Counted from the stretch's first letter, positions 51,844 through 63,939 are shown. The stretch: 64,000 nucleotides of DNA from Basidiobolus meristosporus CBS 931.73 (GCA_002104905.1 MCFE01000207.1:62001-126000); one strand, 5' to 3'. Translations and numbers: made by a program. The notes: generated by a model from the letters alone, not told the origin.

Positions 51844-52191
51844 TGTTGTAAGAGTCTTGGAGATATTGGAAGTGATTTGGGAGGACAAGTAGATTATGTG
51901 GTTTTCACTCAATGATTTATTGAATGTAAAGTAGTATTTATACTTTTACCTGGTCTTGGCATTACATACACGTAGAATAGGTTAAAGAAGGTCCCAAGAA
52001 CATGTGTGCAAAATTTGGGTCTGTTTGGACAACTTTGAGAATTTTCATGTTCTGGGCACCCGGTATTTTGGTGAAATATTCCAAGTAAATCCCAACAAGG
52101 AATTTGGTCAGTATTCTCTAGGATTTGAGGGTAATGATCTAAGTGACTAAGTTAGGTGAATATTTAGGTGGAATTATGAATTTTTACAACA
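51844..52191 (-). repeat. Copia solo LTR inserted in a Copia
   Basis: TGTTG..CAACA, 348 bp; flanks GAATT/GACTT, and the uninterrupted homolog at ~1585 reads GGTGGACTTGAGATC. Confidence 0.85.
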
Positions 52192-53320
52192 GACTTAAGA
52201 TCATATTTTTGTCATTATCTGATATCATTGTATGTAAAGAATCGGGATTTACATCAAACAACAGATCCCTGAGCTTGACCAGATTTTTTGCTTTGATACT
52301 ACAGAGTCTATAGGCCTTACTATCATTGCAGTAGCCCAAAAATATCCATTTTGCATTTTGGGGCACAAATTTTGACTGATTTCTAGGCAGTTGCTTGGCA
52401 TATGCTCTACAACCAAGAATTCTCAGGGGTTCAGCCATTGGTTGGTATGCATACCATGCCTCATTTACAATAAAATCCCAATGTGTTCTTCAGTAACTTC
52501 TATTTCTGAGATATATATTTGTAGCAACTAATTACACCCAAAAATCCTGGGTTAATTTTCAATTATCAATTATAGATCTTACCACATTAATCATTGATTT
52601 GTTTGCCTGTTCTGATACCCCATTTTGCTGTGGGGGTATAGTGGTCTCTTTCTTTATACCATAAATACACAGAAGTGGATGAAGAGTCTTGAGGTATATT
52701 CTTCACCATTGTCAGAGCATATTTTATAATTTTTTCATCAGTTTCTCTCTCCACCAGGGCTCTGAGCTCCCTAAACTTAGACAGGGGCTCTTCCTTTCCT
52801 TCCATGAAATAGACCCATATATATCTTGAATCATCATCCATAAAAGTGATCAAATATGTTGTCCCATACAAGGCTAAATTTGCATATGTCTATGCAGTTA
52901 TGAGTGAATTAGATCTAATTTTTCTTAGTTTTGATTAACCCAGAGCTCTTGAATGATAGTCTGGCTTGATTCCCATATTTGCAGGCATCACAGTGCCCCG
53001 AGTTTGCTGGGGGATCAACTTTTACTCTGGAAATTAGCTGATCATTTAGTGCAAATAAACAAATAGATGTGACCAAGTCTCCTATGCCAAAGAATGGGTG
53101 TATCTTTATTTAAGTTACTTATATTGGCTTCCAAGTATCCTTGAATATAGGTCAACTTTTATAGATTCTGATCTCTGATACCCAAAGCAATAAGGAAACC
53201 ATTTTGATTAGTGACCTAGCATCTAGAATTGTCAAAACTGAAACTGAGTGTGTAACTTCATTCACTGCCTTTGGGGTTTGCCTGGATAGTTGCTTCTCCT
53301 ACTGCATCAACTGTTCTATA

Positions 53321-53667
53321 TGTTGTAATTATTAAGTAGGCACCTAAACATTCATGCTAACTTAGTCACATAGATCTTACTCTGTAATTAGCATTCTGAC
53401 CTGACCAAACTTCTTGTAGGGATTTACTTGGAATATTTTCACCAAATAATCTGGTACCCAGGTTATGATCTTTTTCAAAGATGTCCAAAAGCTCCCAAAC
53501 TTTACACATATTTTTGTGACCTTCATTAACAAGCTCTACATGCTTGTTTGCTCTACTTTATTAAAAGTAAGAATACTATACTTTTGATCTATCAGTCTAC
53601 AAGTGAGTAACATGTGTATCCTCTAGCTCTCCACATCACTTTCAATACTCCTGAGAATTTTGCAGCA
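53321..53667 (+). repeat. Diverged Copia solo LTR inserted in a Copia, opposite orientation
   Basis: TGTTG..CAGCA, 347 bp; flanks CTATA/CTATC; host sequence resumes as at ~3610. Confidence 0.75.
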
Positions 53668-55009
53668 CTATCATCACTCATGAAAACCATCTTAATTGGA
53701 ATTCCTGATATTAGGTAAAAAGCTCTTTTTGGTGTGGGAGGTGTTGAGATGCTCCAGAGTCAATACACCACATCTGAGAATCCTTGTTGGTGGTCACAAT
53801 CAGTTGAGATATGAATAGTTTATCTTCAGGTGATGCAGCATTTCTCTATTGATACTTCTTTCACTAATTATCACTCTTTTTGAGGTGCCAGTGTGATGTG
53901 TGTCTTTTTCTTTGGCAGTAGTTGCAAAACAGGCAGCTGCTGCCTTCAAAGTGTATTGGGTACCTCCCTTACTGGTTATTATTGCTTATTATAGCATTGT
54001 CTTCTTCCTTCTTATTGGCACCTGATTTTCATAATTCTTCATCCAGGAGCATTCCATATACGCAATTTAAGGTCAAACCTTCAGTTCTGGACTCTAGGGC
54101 TGATACAAGACCTTAAAGCTTGTCTGTCAGGCTATTCAGGATGGTTACTATCACATCCTCATCAGTAGTTGGTACACCCACAGATTCCATCTCATCCACC
54201 AGCATGGTCATTCTGTTAATAAGATTTTTCATTTCTTCTCCTGGCTGCATCTTTGTAGTAAAGAATATTGTCTATGATACATTTTCTTAGCAGCTGAACA
54301 TGACTGGTAGGTGTCTTCTAATGTCTTCCAAGCATTCTTTGTCACTTTTGCTCTTGGGCATTGAATTAGCCATTTGTCTTTAACATTAAGGCAAATGCAG
54401 TTAAGAGCACTTTGTTCTTTCATTTGATACTTTTGGGCTTCCTCTCTCACATTTTTGAGTGGGCATTCTTTTCCCATGATAATATTCCAAATGCCTCTTT
54501 CTTATAGCAGCATCTTCATCTTCACCTTCCACACTTGGCAGTTAGACCCATCCAACTTTTCAGCAAAGGGAAAAATTCCAGTAATATTAGTAGTAGACAT
54601 TGCAGAGAGTGACAGCTTGGGGTTCATAACCTGTTGTAAGAGTCTTGAAGATATTGGAAGTGATTGGGAGGACAAATAGATTATGTGGTTTTCACTTGTT
54701 GATTTATTGAATGTAAAAGTAGTATTTATACTTTTACATGGCCTTGGCTTAGCAAACATGTAGAATAGGTTAAGGAAGGTCCCAAGAGCATGTGTGCAAG
54801 GTTGGGGGCCATTTGGACAACTTATCTAATTCTCATGTACTGGGTAAATATTTTAAGTAAATCCCAACAAGGAATTTGGTCAGTATTCTCTAGGATTTGA
54901 AGGTAATGACCTGAGTGACTAAGTTAGGTGAATATTCAGGTGGAATTCCAAATTTTTGCAACATATATAGGTGCAATCACAAAATTTACAACACAAATCT
55001 TTGAGTATT

Positions 55010-55264
55010 TTGAGCAAATTTCTTATTGGGATATACTTGGGGCATTTCACCAAAAATATCAGGTATTCATGACATGAAAAACTTATAGGTTGTCCACAGA
55101 CCCCCCCAAAAAAAATTTGTGTACTTGTTCTTGGGACCTTCCCAAGTGTATTCTAGGTGTGTGCATTTGCAAATCCATGTAAAAGTGTAAATACCATTAT
55201 AACATTCAATCAATCATTAAGTGAAAACCATATAATCTACTTGCTCTCCCAAGCTCTTACAGCA
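55010..55264 (+). repeat. Copia LTR (partial), inverted relative to 54632-54963
   Basis: ..AATCATTAAGTGAAAACCATATAATCTACTTGCTCTCCC..CTCTTACAGCA matches the LTR revcomp. Confidence 0.8.
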
Positions 55265-55586
55265 ATATATAGGCCCTTGCAAACACTTTTCTAAGGCAAA
55301 CTATGAAGTTGAGCAACTAGTCTACCAAGTAGTGGGATACCATTGCAGGGCAACATTGAGAAGGCAAGCAAAATGGCCAAGAGAAATTGCATTGAGAAGT
55401 TTCCAATCAAGATGCACAAGCACCACTCGAGTTGTCAAGAGAGGAAAGGTCACTTCAAGGGGATCTTAAATTGGTAGAATGATTTATTCAAAGAAGGGTT
55501 GGAAATAATTAAGGGAAAGGGGTGGTTATTAATACATATTAAAATCAATCCTAGCAATGATGAAACAAGATTCGAAGCCTGCTTGC

Positions 55587-56827
55587 CTACTCTTCCTAAT
55601 TAATAAGGATGAAGCCAAATATTAGCGAATGTGATGTTGATCTCCACACGATCGGCCCTACCTCAATGACAAACGTTTCACTGTCGTTCACCCCTAAATA
55701 TGGCGACGGGGAATCTTCCATCTTCTTGTATTGACCATAGAGGCTGTCATAGGAAAGGTTCCAGAGTGAGTACTTTCTACCGTAAAGCACCAAGGCTAGC
55801 GAGCCTAATACACACACTCCAACGACGACCAACGCTAGGATGGTGGCGTAGAGTGAGGTGGAAAAGGAATATGCGGGGTCTAATCCATCTACTGGCGGGC
55901 GAGTAAGATCGCTAAGGATCCCACTACTGCCCTGTCGGTATTTCAAGCCAAATGACATCTCTGGTGCTGTACTTTGAGGTAACTCTGATGTGCTATAAGG
56001 AGAAGGTGAGGAAGAGTCGTTCGTGGTTTCCGCTGGATAGGTGGACGAGGTCGTGGTGGAAAGACTGACGGCCTCTTCAGAATTCGGCTCTGGCGTAGCG
56101 GTAGGGTTTTCGGTAGAGGTAGGTTCAGCTAAGGAAAGATTTGCCTCAGCCGTGGATGTGGTTGCAGGTAATGGGCGCGTATTGAGCGGCATGGTGGCAT
56201 TTGTATCTATTTGCAGTCCGTTTGGATAGCAATCGGCAGTTGACCGGAAGTAGGTTGCGTTGATGTTCTCGTCAATCACGTTGATGTCAGTAAACGGTTG
56301 AGAGTCGTTGCATACTGAGACTGCACGCTGCCTACGAGGGAATATTAATCGTGAGCACTTCCACGGATGCATCCTCTGAGGACTTTACCGAACTTCCCGA
56401 CAGACAGCGTGAATGTTGAACGTTTCAGGATCGCAGTAATCGTAGTTCATGAAACAGAGCGCCTTCCGAATGGCCAAAAAGCACTCGGCACCAGCACTTT
56501 CATATCCCTCTCTGCTCATTTTATCTAGAGAAGCTGGATTGAAACGAAGTGTGAGTAATGGCATAGTTGCTCATCCACAAGGAGGTGGGAATACTTTTGA
56601 TCTGGGCGTCTGTGACCTCCACATCCTGAATCGTGGTGGCATAGTTCACCTCGGGACATAATTTAGAGGGAATGATTAGGGGTTGGCAGTGCTCGGCTTT
56701 TGGGCCAGCTGGATAAATGAGCTGAGTAAGTGGTTCAGGACGAGCAGGGAAAACAATAGTTACCCGTAGCGAGTCTAATAAATATTGCCAAAGTAAGAAA
56801 TAACCTTGGGCTCGTTAGGGAATGCAT
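55587..56827 (-). CDS. Type I membrane protein: signal peptide, Frizzled-like cysteine-rich domain, Ser/Thr/Pro stalk, TM helix, short tail
   Basis: Hand-spliced exons 56827-56764, 56708-56595, 56533-56389, 56331-55662, 55595-55587 (GT-AG introns of 55, 61, 57, 66 nt). Gives MHSLTSPRLFLTLAIFIRLATAGPKAEHCQPL..LCPEVNY..ECFLAIRKALCFMNYDYCDP..VCREVRQRAVSVC..ADCYP; TM ILALVVVGVCVLGSLALVLY. Last exon tentative. Confidence 0.8.
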
Positions 56828-57311
56828 TCTACGCTGAATATCAAGGATATTCAGCAGTAAAGAACATGAGTTTCAACAAATACTTCATGTGGGAGCTAAT
56901 TAAGTGGCCTATGCCATATTCAGGTGCGCTCATGTGACAGACATGTATATAATTAGTGTGAGATTCCGATTTCGAGTATTTTTGGTACTTTGGCCTAATT
57001 CACTCGATAATAGGAGTATTGAACTATTATCATATGCGCATTGATCTACCGATGATGCTTGCTGTTGGTCGATTGTATTCGGTTGCTCCAGCTATGTGCT
57101 TATTGATGGTCAATTATATTCCTTTGGTTGTGCAGCAAGCACCTCTCTTTTCTGCCGAAGGAGAAAAATGTGGAGCGATGCCATAACTCTTTCCTCTTAG
57201 TAACCTAGCCAGAAATACCGGGCTTGTTTGGACTTGCTGTCCAGCTCCAACCTTTTAACCTCACAAACCCTCTAACCGGAAGCATAACTTGGACAATCCG
57301 AAATTCGAGTT

Positions 57312-58373
57312 ATGCACCAGCACCTTTTGATGATATTTAGCTTTTGCCTTTGTTTGCCAAGTACCGCTTCTACTAAAGCACCTGTCTACCCTAAATTCTT
57401 AATCTATGGAGGGACACCCGTCAAACTATCTAACAGCTATCCCTGGATGGCCTTTACATACCTTCAGAATCCAGCCATTGGAGAAATGCGGTGGTGCGGC
57501 GGTGTTGTTTTGGACTCGACGACGATCTTGTCGGCGGCACACTGTTTCCACGAGAAACCAGTGGGAGAGATTCTGGTTCATTTACTGCGGCATAACCTCA
57601 AGGTAAAAGCGGAAGAGGAGGGGGGTCTGGTGGTTCCGGCGGTGAACATAACCATCCACCCCGATTGGGACAGAAACCGGGCGATCAATGATTGTAAGAA
57701 TATTTTACCATGCTTTGTATAGGGGACGTTCTAGACAACACTAATCCCGCTCCTGTAGTTGCAATATTGAAATTGGCCCACCCACTCCCTTCGCAGATAA
57801 CATTTCTTCCCATCCAGCAAGCAAAGCAACCGATACCCAATCGAGCCCATGTCAAAGCGCTGGGTTGGGGTTTGACTTCAGCCACACAATATCCAGATAT
57901 CCTACAGGAGATTGAGATGAGTGTGCTGGACGAGAAATTATGTATTCAGAAATACAGCTCCCTAAACATTCCATTCAACCCCACGGCTGTATTATGTGTG
58001 GGAACCGAGCAAGGAGTACGAAGTAAGTGAAGCCCACGCGAATTCCCGAGCAACCCTATACTCGTCATATTGACCCGCTTCTGACTGCGTCACAGATGTT
58101 TGTTCCGGCGACTCTGGTGGGCCGCTAGTGTCTTTTGATGGCGCTGGCAATCCGTGGCTAATAGGAATAACGAGTTATAGCGCGGGGTGTGGTATCGATG
58201 TACCAGCAGCATTCGCACGAGTCGCTGCCCAGGCAAACTGGATCAATCGCTATGTCGACCCACCAAAACCCAAAAAACCCCGGTGTACGCGAACGAGAAA
58301 CACCAATTCCACTAGACGCCACAATAGAGGTAGTTTCTCTCAAGTCAACAAACATGAGGTTTATTCGAAATAA
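57312..58373 (+). CDS. Secreted S1A (trypsin-fold) serine protease
   Basis: Signal peptide, IYGG mature N-terminus, LSAAHC, ND(F)AILKL, GWG, CSGDSGGPL, GITSY. Introns 57694-57758 and 58023-58095. Confidence 0.93.
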
Positions 58374-58586
58374 AGCATAGTGGAGGAGTGCAAAAACGAG
58401 TGATTTAAATGGGGGCCCTCATCCCAAAGCGGGGTCATGAAGAACGGTACACGTAGATACTAGCCGCCATATTGTTTAAAAAATCCATTGAAAGTCAACA
58501 AGTGCTCGCGTAGGGGTTTACCGCCATATGGATTCGTTCTGTCTGATAGATGGTTTGCTTGGCGAGCGAAAAACGAACAGCAACCT

Positions 58587-59728
58587 TTAGTTGTCGGAGT
58601 TCAGTTCATTTAGAATTCTTAGAATGGCCAAGAAAAGGTTGATGACGTCAAGATACAGATCGATACTAGCAATGATATACTCATCAGGAGACAACCGATT
58701 GATAATCATGTAAGTATCGTAAACGATGTATCCACAGAACAGAACTGCCACCACGATGGCGATAGCGAACTGAACGCCGTTGCTGAATGGGAAGAATATC
58801 TGGACGAAAGAAGCAATAACGACCAGCCAAAGGACAATCCCAAGCCTACATAGAAAAAGGTTGGGTTAAAGGCTGGACAAGATCGGCATGCTATGCAGGG
58901 TCTATACATACATGGGTCCCATACCACTGAAGTCGTATTTCGATTGCATGGTGAAAAGAGTGAGCCCGATGAAGAGTGCGAAGGTAATGATCAATGCTTG
59001 CAAGACGACTTTGGACGAATAAAATGTAACTAAAAATGCGTTTGATTAGGCACCCGTATGAATGATCGATTAACCAAGATTTGCCACTCACTGACAGTCC
59101 CAACACTATAGGCTTCAAGTAAGGTAAAGGCACCAAGAAGATACAGGTTCAAGGGCGATGAGTGACGCTTCCAGAACAAAGCTAGCATTACTCCAATAGC
59201 ACCAAATAGAGATACAAACATTGCCCAATCACTGCATAAGGGTTAGTAAAGGAGTAAATGCACGGTTAGAGGACCGAGCAAAAACATACTTGGACTGAAC
59301 CCATTGACGGGCCTGTGTGTTGAAGAAGAATACGCTTCCAAGAAGAACAGTGGCACCCAATTGTGTGGTCAGGATTAAATAAACCTTACGGATGAACGCT
59401 TTTGATTCGAGTCAACGGTAGATTGGTTAGGATGGAGGTATAGGCGAATAGAATAAAGTGGATCTACAAACCCATTCTGATTTCAATCTCACACTGCGCC
59501 ACACTGACACCATATTTGAAGTCATCGTCTTCGTTCTCTGCATGGCCGCCTGGCGCACTACTATTACCTCCGAAGGCTTGGTGATAGGTAGGGGGAAGAG
59601 CACCGTATTGAACGCCTGGGTGCTGACCTGTATATACAAACTAGTAAGAGACATGGGTAACAAAGGAAGGATTTGCTGGAAAACTCACCAGAATTAGGTT
59701 GGTGCGGATGGACGTATGGTTGCGACAT
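58587..59728 (-). CDS. BXI1: Bax inhibitor-1 / TMBIM family membrane protein (Bxi1/TMBIM4-like)
   Basis: Spliced product MSQPY..IRMAFIRKVY.IL..Q, PLNLYLLGAFTLLEA, KYDFS, YDTYMI..LSPDEYI.ASIDLYLDVINLFLAILRIL; several short GT-AG introns. Confidence 0.9.
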
Positions 59729-60007
59729 TTGGATTAGACTGCTGTGGGAAGGAGCAAGTGGTAATACAGTGACAACTTTACATATGCCACATATTATATA
59801 ATTGATGATGTTTCCAGACACTTCCGATCGTTTGCCGCAGAAATGATTGATATATTATCGATGTTAGGAATTCCATTGAATCCCCCCCACCCAGTGTCAT
59901 GTGAAACTCAAACATAATGACCGCAATTCATCAGAATTCGGATAAAGCACCAAGCAGAAATGGAGGCTATTCTCTTCTGTACATTTTATTAAAAAAGAAA
60001 TAGTATC

Positions 60008-61135
60008 TTAGGCTAATGGGGTCAAGCGTTTATCGGCATTGGAGGTATATCCACTAAGGACCTTCTCAGCGGTGATTTTGGCAGGAACATTGGAGGAAAT
60101 GGCTCCGAACACGGGGGTTGCTTTCTCATTGGCATCTGACGCGACCTTGAGAAGAGTTTGGAGCTCGCCAACGGTATGATCCCCAGCCCGGAGGGCTGCT
60201 TCAATGGCTTTGTAGGCAGCCAAGGAGCGATCCGATTCATCCTCAGGATAAAGCTCGGCGGCGAGTTTGAACTCTTCGGCAGCCTTGTTGCAGAGCTCCA
60301 GATCATAGGCACCATTGGTCTCGGCTCTCTCACGGTAAACGAAGCCACGAGCCATTCTAGCATGAGCAGCAAGGTATGTGCTGAATGCCAATTTATCTTT
60401 AGGTTCATTGGTTGAGCTGTCGTTCTCGATTGAAGCCAAGATGGCATCAGCTTCGGCAAGGATATCATCCAAAGAGAAGGTTTCTTTGTCGGAAGTAGTG
60501 GCATAGCCTAACATGATGGCGTTCATAAGAGTCTGTCTAAGAGCACGCAAGAAGGATTCCTTCAGGGCGGGGCCACGCTTATCACCGGCAGTGGGCTCAA
60601 GAGCGACGTTAGCAGCAACGATGATATCGACTGCACGACGGAAATGAGCCAAAGCTTCCTTAGCTCTACCGAGGACACCAAAGGTAAGCAAGCCGACCAA
60701 AAAGGAGGCACGAATGCTGACGTCGATGGCAGGTTGAACATCCTCCCAACCGTGGTTTTGAAGGCGTTTTTGGTATTCTTGGATCAATTCAGAAACAGGA
60801 ATGTCAGAAGAAGCGCAATCACGGACTTGTTGTTCGAACATGAGGACTTTCTGGAGGCCTTCCAAATCCTTTTGTCCCTCGAGGTAGAAGCAACGAGGAT
60901 CACGTAACAAAGCATCGGTGATAGCCTCCAAAGCGCCCACAGGTCCGGCAATACTGTTGGCAACGTTCTCATGTTGCTTGTATTGGGACATGATGAATTT
61001 TCCTTGCTCGAAAGATTGGATGGCGTGCATCAACTTCTCAGCTGCTGTCAAAGGTAAAGGATATTCTTCATTGTTCTTTTTCTTCTCAAGGATGACAGCA
61101 TCCAAGCGAAAAACGGGGCATTGCTCTTCAGACAT
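60008..61135 (-). CDS. Uncharacterised 375 aa all-helical (TPR-like) protein, single exon
   Basis: Long intact ORF, normal CpG, coding-like codon use; alanine-rich amphipathic helices (AKEALAHFRRAVDII, AAEEFKLAAELYPED). Confidence 0.85.
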   Translation of the reverse strand: MSEEQCPVFRLDAVILEKKKNNEEYPLPLTAAEKLMHAIQSFEQGKFIMSQYKQHENVANSIAGPVGALEAITDALLRDPRCFYLEGQKDLEGLQKVLMFEQQVRDCASSDIPVSELIQEYQKRLQNHGWEDVQPAIDVSIRASFLVGLLTFGVLGRAKEALAHFRRAVDIIVAANVALEPTAGDKRGPALKESFLRALRQTLMNAIMLGYATTSDKETFSLDDILAEADAILASIENDSSTNEPKDKLAFSTYLAAHARMARGFVYRERAETNGAYDLELCNKAAEEFKLAAELYPEDESDRSLAAYKAIEAALRAGDHTVGELQTLLKVASDANEKATPVFGAISSNVPAKITAEKVLSGYTSNADKRLTPLA

Positions 61136-61480
61136 AGTTTTGGCGTGAGTTTGCTCTATCTACAAAGCAAAAGCACAACCCAAATTATGTTGAAAATTTA
61201 TTTCTTTTTTTCTCTGCCAGAGAGGTACCATGTTTGTGGAATGATTTGATGGTGAATAAACTTTATATCATACTCCCTTGATTGGGTTGTACTGACGGAT
61301 AGTACAGTAACACAGGTTAGGCAAACTTTTATTCATTTGATTTAAAGCCGAGATGGTGGGATCTCCAGTGTGCTCGGATAATCAAACTTCACGGAATTTC
61401 GCATGATGCATTATTTAGCGCGTTCAAGAGGAGAGCATATACTCACCGAGTTTCAGCTAACATAGAAATACTCGTCCTTG

Positions 61481-63939
61481 ATGGAATCCCTAAACATCCC
61501 CAAAACTTCCAACGCCGAGAATGAGCTACGACCTGAACTCTCCTCCTTATCGTCATCTCCGATTTTGACTGGAAAATTCTCTACCGTCAAATCTAAGCCC
61601 TCTATTCATCTTTCTGTAGATAACACTCTCTCATTACGGCCAGCTTCCCCTTCTGTAGCATCAAATCTCAGCAGTTGCTCAACCATTTCCAGATTAAGCG
61701 GGGACATTATGTTAGACGCCTCTAGTTTCCGCTCAAGAGAGAGTGCCGATACAGAATACATGCTAAGGATTGGGCAAATGAGTCCCAGGCCTAAACCTAC
61801 TTTAGGAGCTGAATTGGATAGAGAGTTTGCTAATCCTCAGGAGAGTGAAACCTCTTCTCTGAAAGAGACCATAGACCAAGCTGTGTCAGGTAGCTATCAA
61901 CTAGCCTGACTTTAGATATATGGAATTAACGCTTGGTGCTTGCCAGATAGCCCATTCTATTCTAATGAAACTGAGGAAGGAAAAGTTCAGCCAGACGAGG
62001 AGCTTGAGAGTGAAGCTGAGTTTTTTGCCGAGATGAATGTAGAGACTTTGAGACAGCGCTCAAGACAGAATAGCGAATGCTCTGACGTTTACTCGGAGGA
62101 AGGTTGGCATCCTGTCGCTTCAAGTTAATTGACGTTGGAAATACGCATACTAAGTGCGATTTATTTGAAAGACCCTTATTCGCCCGGCTGGTCGGCCCAT
62201 GACAAGCACTTCTTCATTTTGAGTAGCGCCGGAAAGCCCATCTATTCGCGCTTTGGGGATGAATCAAAACTTTCAAGTTATATGGGAGTGATCCAGGCTA
62301 TTGTGTCCTTCTTCGTTGATACTGGCGACTCCATTCGGTGCGTCTATTTCGCATGAATCACCTAACTCTTTTTAACCAACATTGTAACACCACCCAGGTC
62401 CATAACTGCTGGTGAGCATAAATTTGTGTTCCTACTTAAGAACCCACTTTATCTTTTAGCCGTCACAAAAACTGGAGAACCCGAGAGTCATGTAGGATTG
62501 ACGCCCATCCGTTACAGCAATTCTAAGGATTGTGTACTAATGGCCGCTCTTGTAGATTCAAACTCAACTGATGTATCTATATAACCAAGTTCTAAGCATC
62601 GTAACAGTAACCCAGTTGACTCGGATCTTTGAGCAGAGAGTCAACTTCGACCTACGCCACTTGCTAAGTGGTAAGTATCTGAACGCCTAAAAACAAACCG
62701 TTTACATTACAAATCGAAAATTCCCCCATTATAGGCACCGAGTCATTTCTTGATAGTTTATGTAGAGAAGTGACCTGCGATCCGAGTATTACGTTAGGGG
62801 CGGTCCATGCCATGAAAATGGAGAAGCCTCTGAGAGCCAGATTTAACAAAGCTCTCCAGTTGATAAAATCGAAGGTAGCGTGGGCAAGTGTTCATCATGA
62901 TACATTCAGCACTCCTGAGTAACACCATCCACCAGCATGTACTTTTCGGCATGTTAATTGCCAACGGCAAATTGGTAACTTTGCTACGTCCAAGGAAACA
63001 GAGTCTGCACGTGTCCGGTAAGTCTTTCCTATCGATTTTTCTAAATATATTCGAGGCTAACATAGTGCCTCTTAGATCTGCATCTAATCTGCAACATGGT
63101 CAATGGCTCCACCACATTTCATTCTGGCGAGTCATGGACACCTGTGTGCCTTCCAAGGTTCAATAGTAAAGGGTTCCTTCACGCTTATGTGTGCTTTGTG
63201 GCCAAAGAAACATGTCTGGTTTTGATATCTCCAAGTAAAGACAAGTTCTACGAATGCTCGGCGTCGAAGGATCTTGTCGTAGAGGTAAGTCGCGATGAAT
63301 TTTCGTCGGGTGACTCACATTCATAGATTGACCGGTGAACTTCAATAACCAGCATTTGAATAAAACGGGGGCACTTGTGGAGCTGGCAGAGATCGCAGAG
63401 CGGAAAGAATACACCCTTGGTAAGGCTTCTCTGTGATAGAAAGATATGGAGCACACAATAACTAGGGTACGAAGATGAACTAGGAATCCCCGGGCTCCGA
63501 CATTTTTTGTACAAATCCAAACAACATATTCAGATAACTTCGCCCACTTACTTGCCATATTATGAGAGCATTGACGAGCAACGGCGGTTAGTAACCATGA
63601 CCTACCCTGCCAGAAACAGCTATTTATTCCATTTCAGACTCTTCCGTATGTACCAGCATATTCACGATCGAATGCATGCCAAGACGTTGCCATTGAAAAC
63701 CTTTTATGAAGTGACAAGTACCGAGATTATCATCGGATGGGTAGGAGGCGTTATCTGTTGCTATGTATTGACGACAACTCACCAACAACCTCCATCAGAA
63801 TTCACGATACTTCGAGATGTATGCCGCCTTTGGCCCGCTGGTCACCAAAGCGAGCATCATCGCCTCATTAACCGCGCTTCGAAAATGGATCCACCAGGAG
63901 GAGGAAACGGTGTTTGTAATTAATTCCCCGGTTTACTAG
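61481..63939 (+). CDS. MON1: Vacuolar fusion protein Mon1 (Mon1-Ccz1 Rab7/Ypt7 GEF subunit), multi-exon
   Basis: Disordered acidic N-terminus, [67 protein letters not shown]-terminal [18 protein letters not shown]. Exon boundaries not all resolved. Confidence 0.93.

Larger units (their letters stand above)
50385..54963 (-). mobile_element. Copia element, degenerate and internally deleted, with two nested solo LTRs
   Basis: 3' LTR ends ..TTTACAACA at 50660 followed by CCCCCACTC (PPT). RT/RH 50700-51560, integrase 52200-52900, gag 54200-54620, PBS GGTTATGAACCCC, 5' LTR 54632-54963 (TGTTG..CAACA). Confidence 0.88.

Noticed and set aside
1-55500. Classical ascomycete RIP as the cause of TE decay
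   Set aside because: CpA/TpG remain abundant and CpG is what is missing. LTR pairs also show transversions and frameshifts. A CpG-directed RIP-like process cannot be excluded without a mutation spectrum.
1-55500. A giant cargo-carrying element (Starship-like) or endogenous virus spanning the block
   Set aside because: No tyrosine recombinase, viral hallmark gene or cargo host gene was seen. Nearly all sequence resolves into nested Copia, Gypsy, CACTA and foldback pieces.
55596-56372. The listed 258 aa ORF as the complete gene
   Set aside because: Its Met and first residues lie inside a GT-AG intron, and its C-terminus reads through another likely intron. The spliced model gives a signal peptide and a full Cys domain.
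60022-60972. Overlapping and antisense ORFs (60022-60504, 60158-60415, 60644-60907, 60784-60972)
   Set aside because: Shadow frames of the 375 aa gene arising from codon bias; no independent features.
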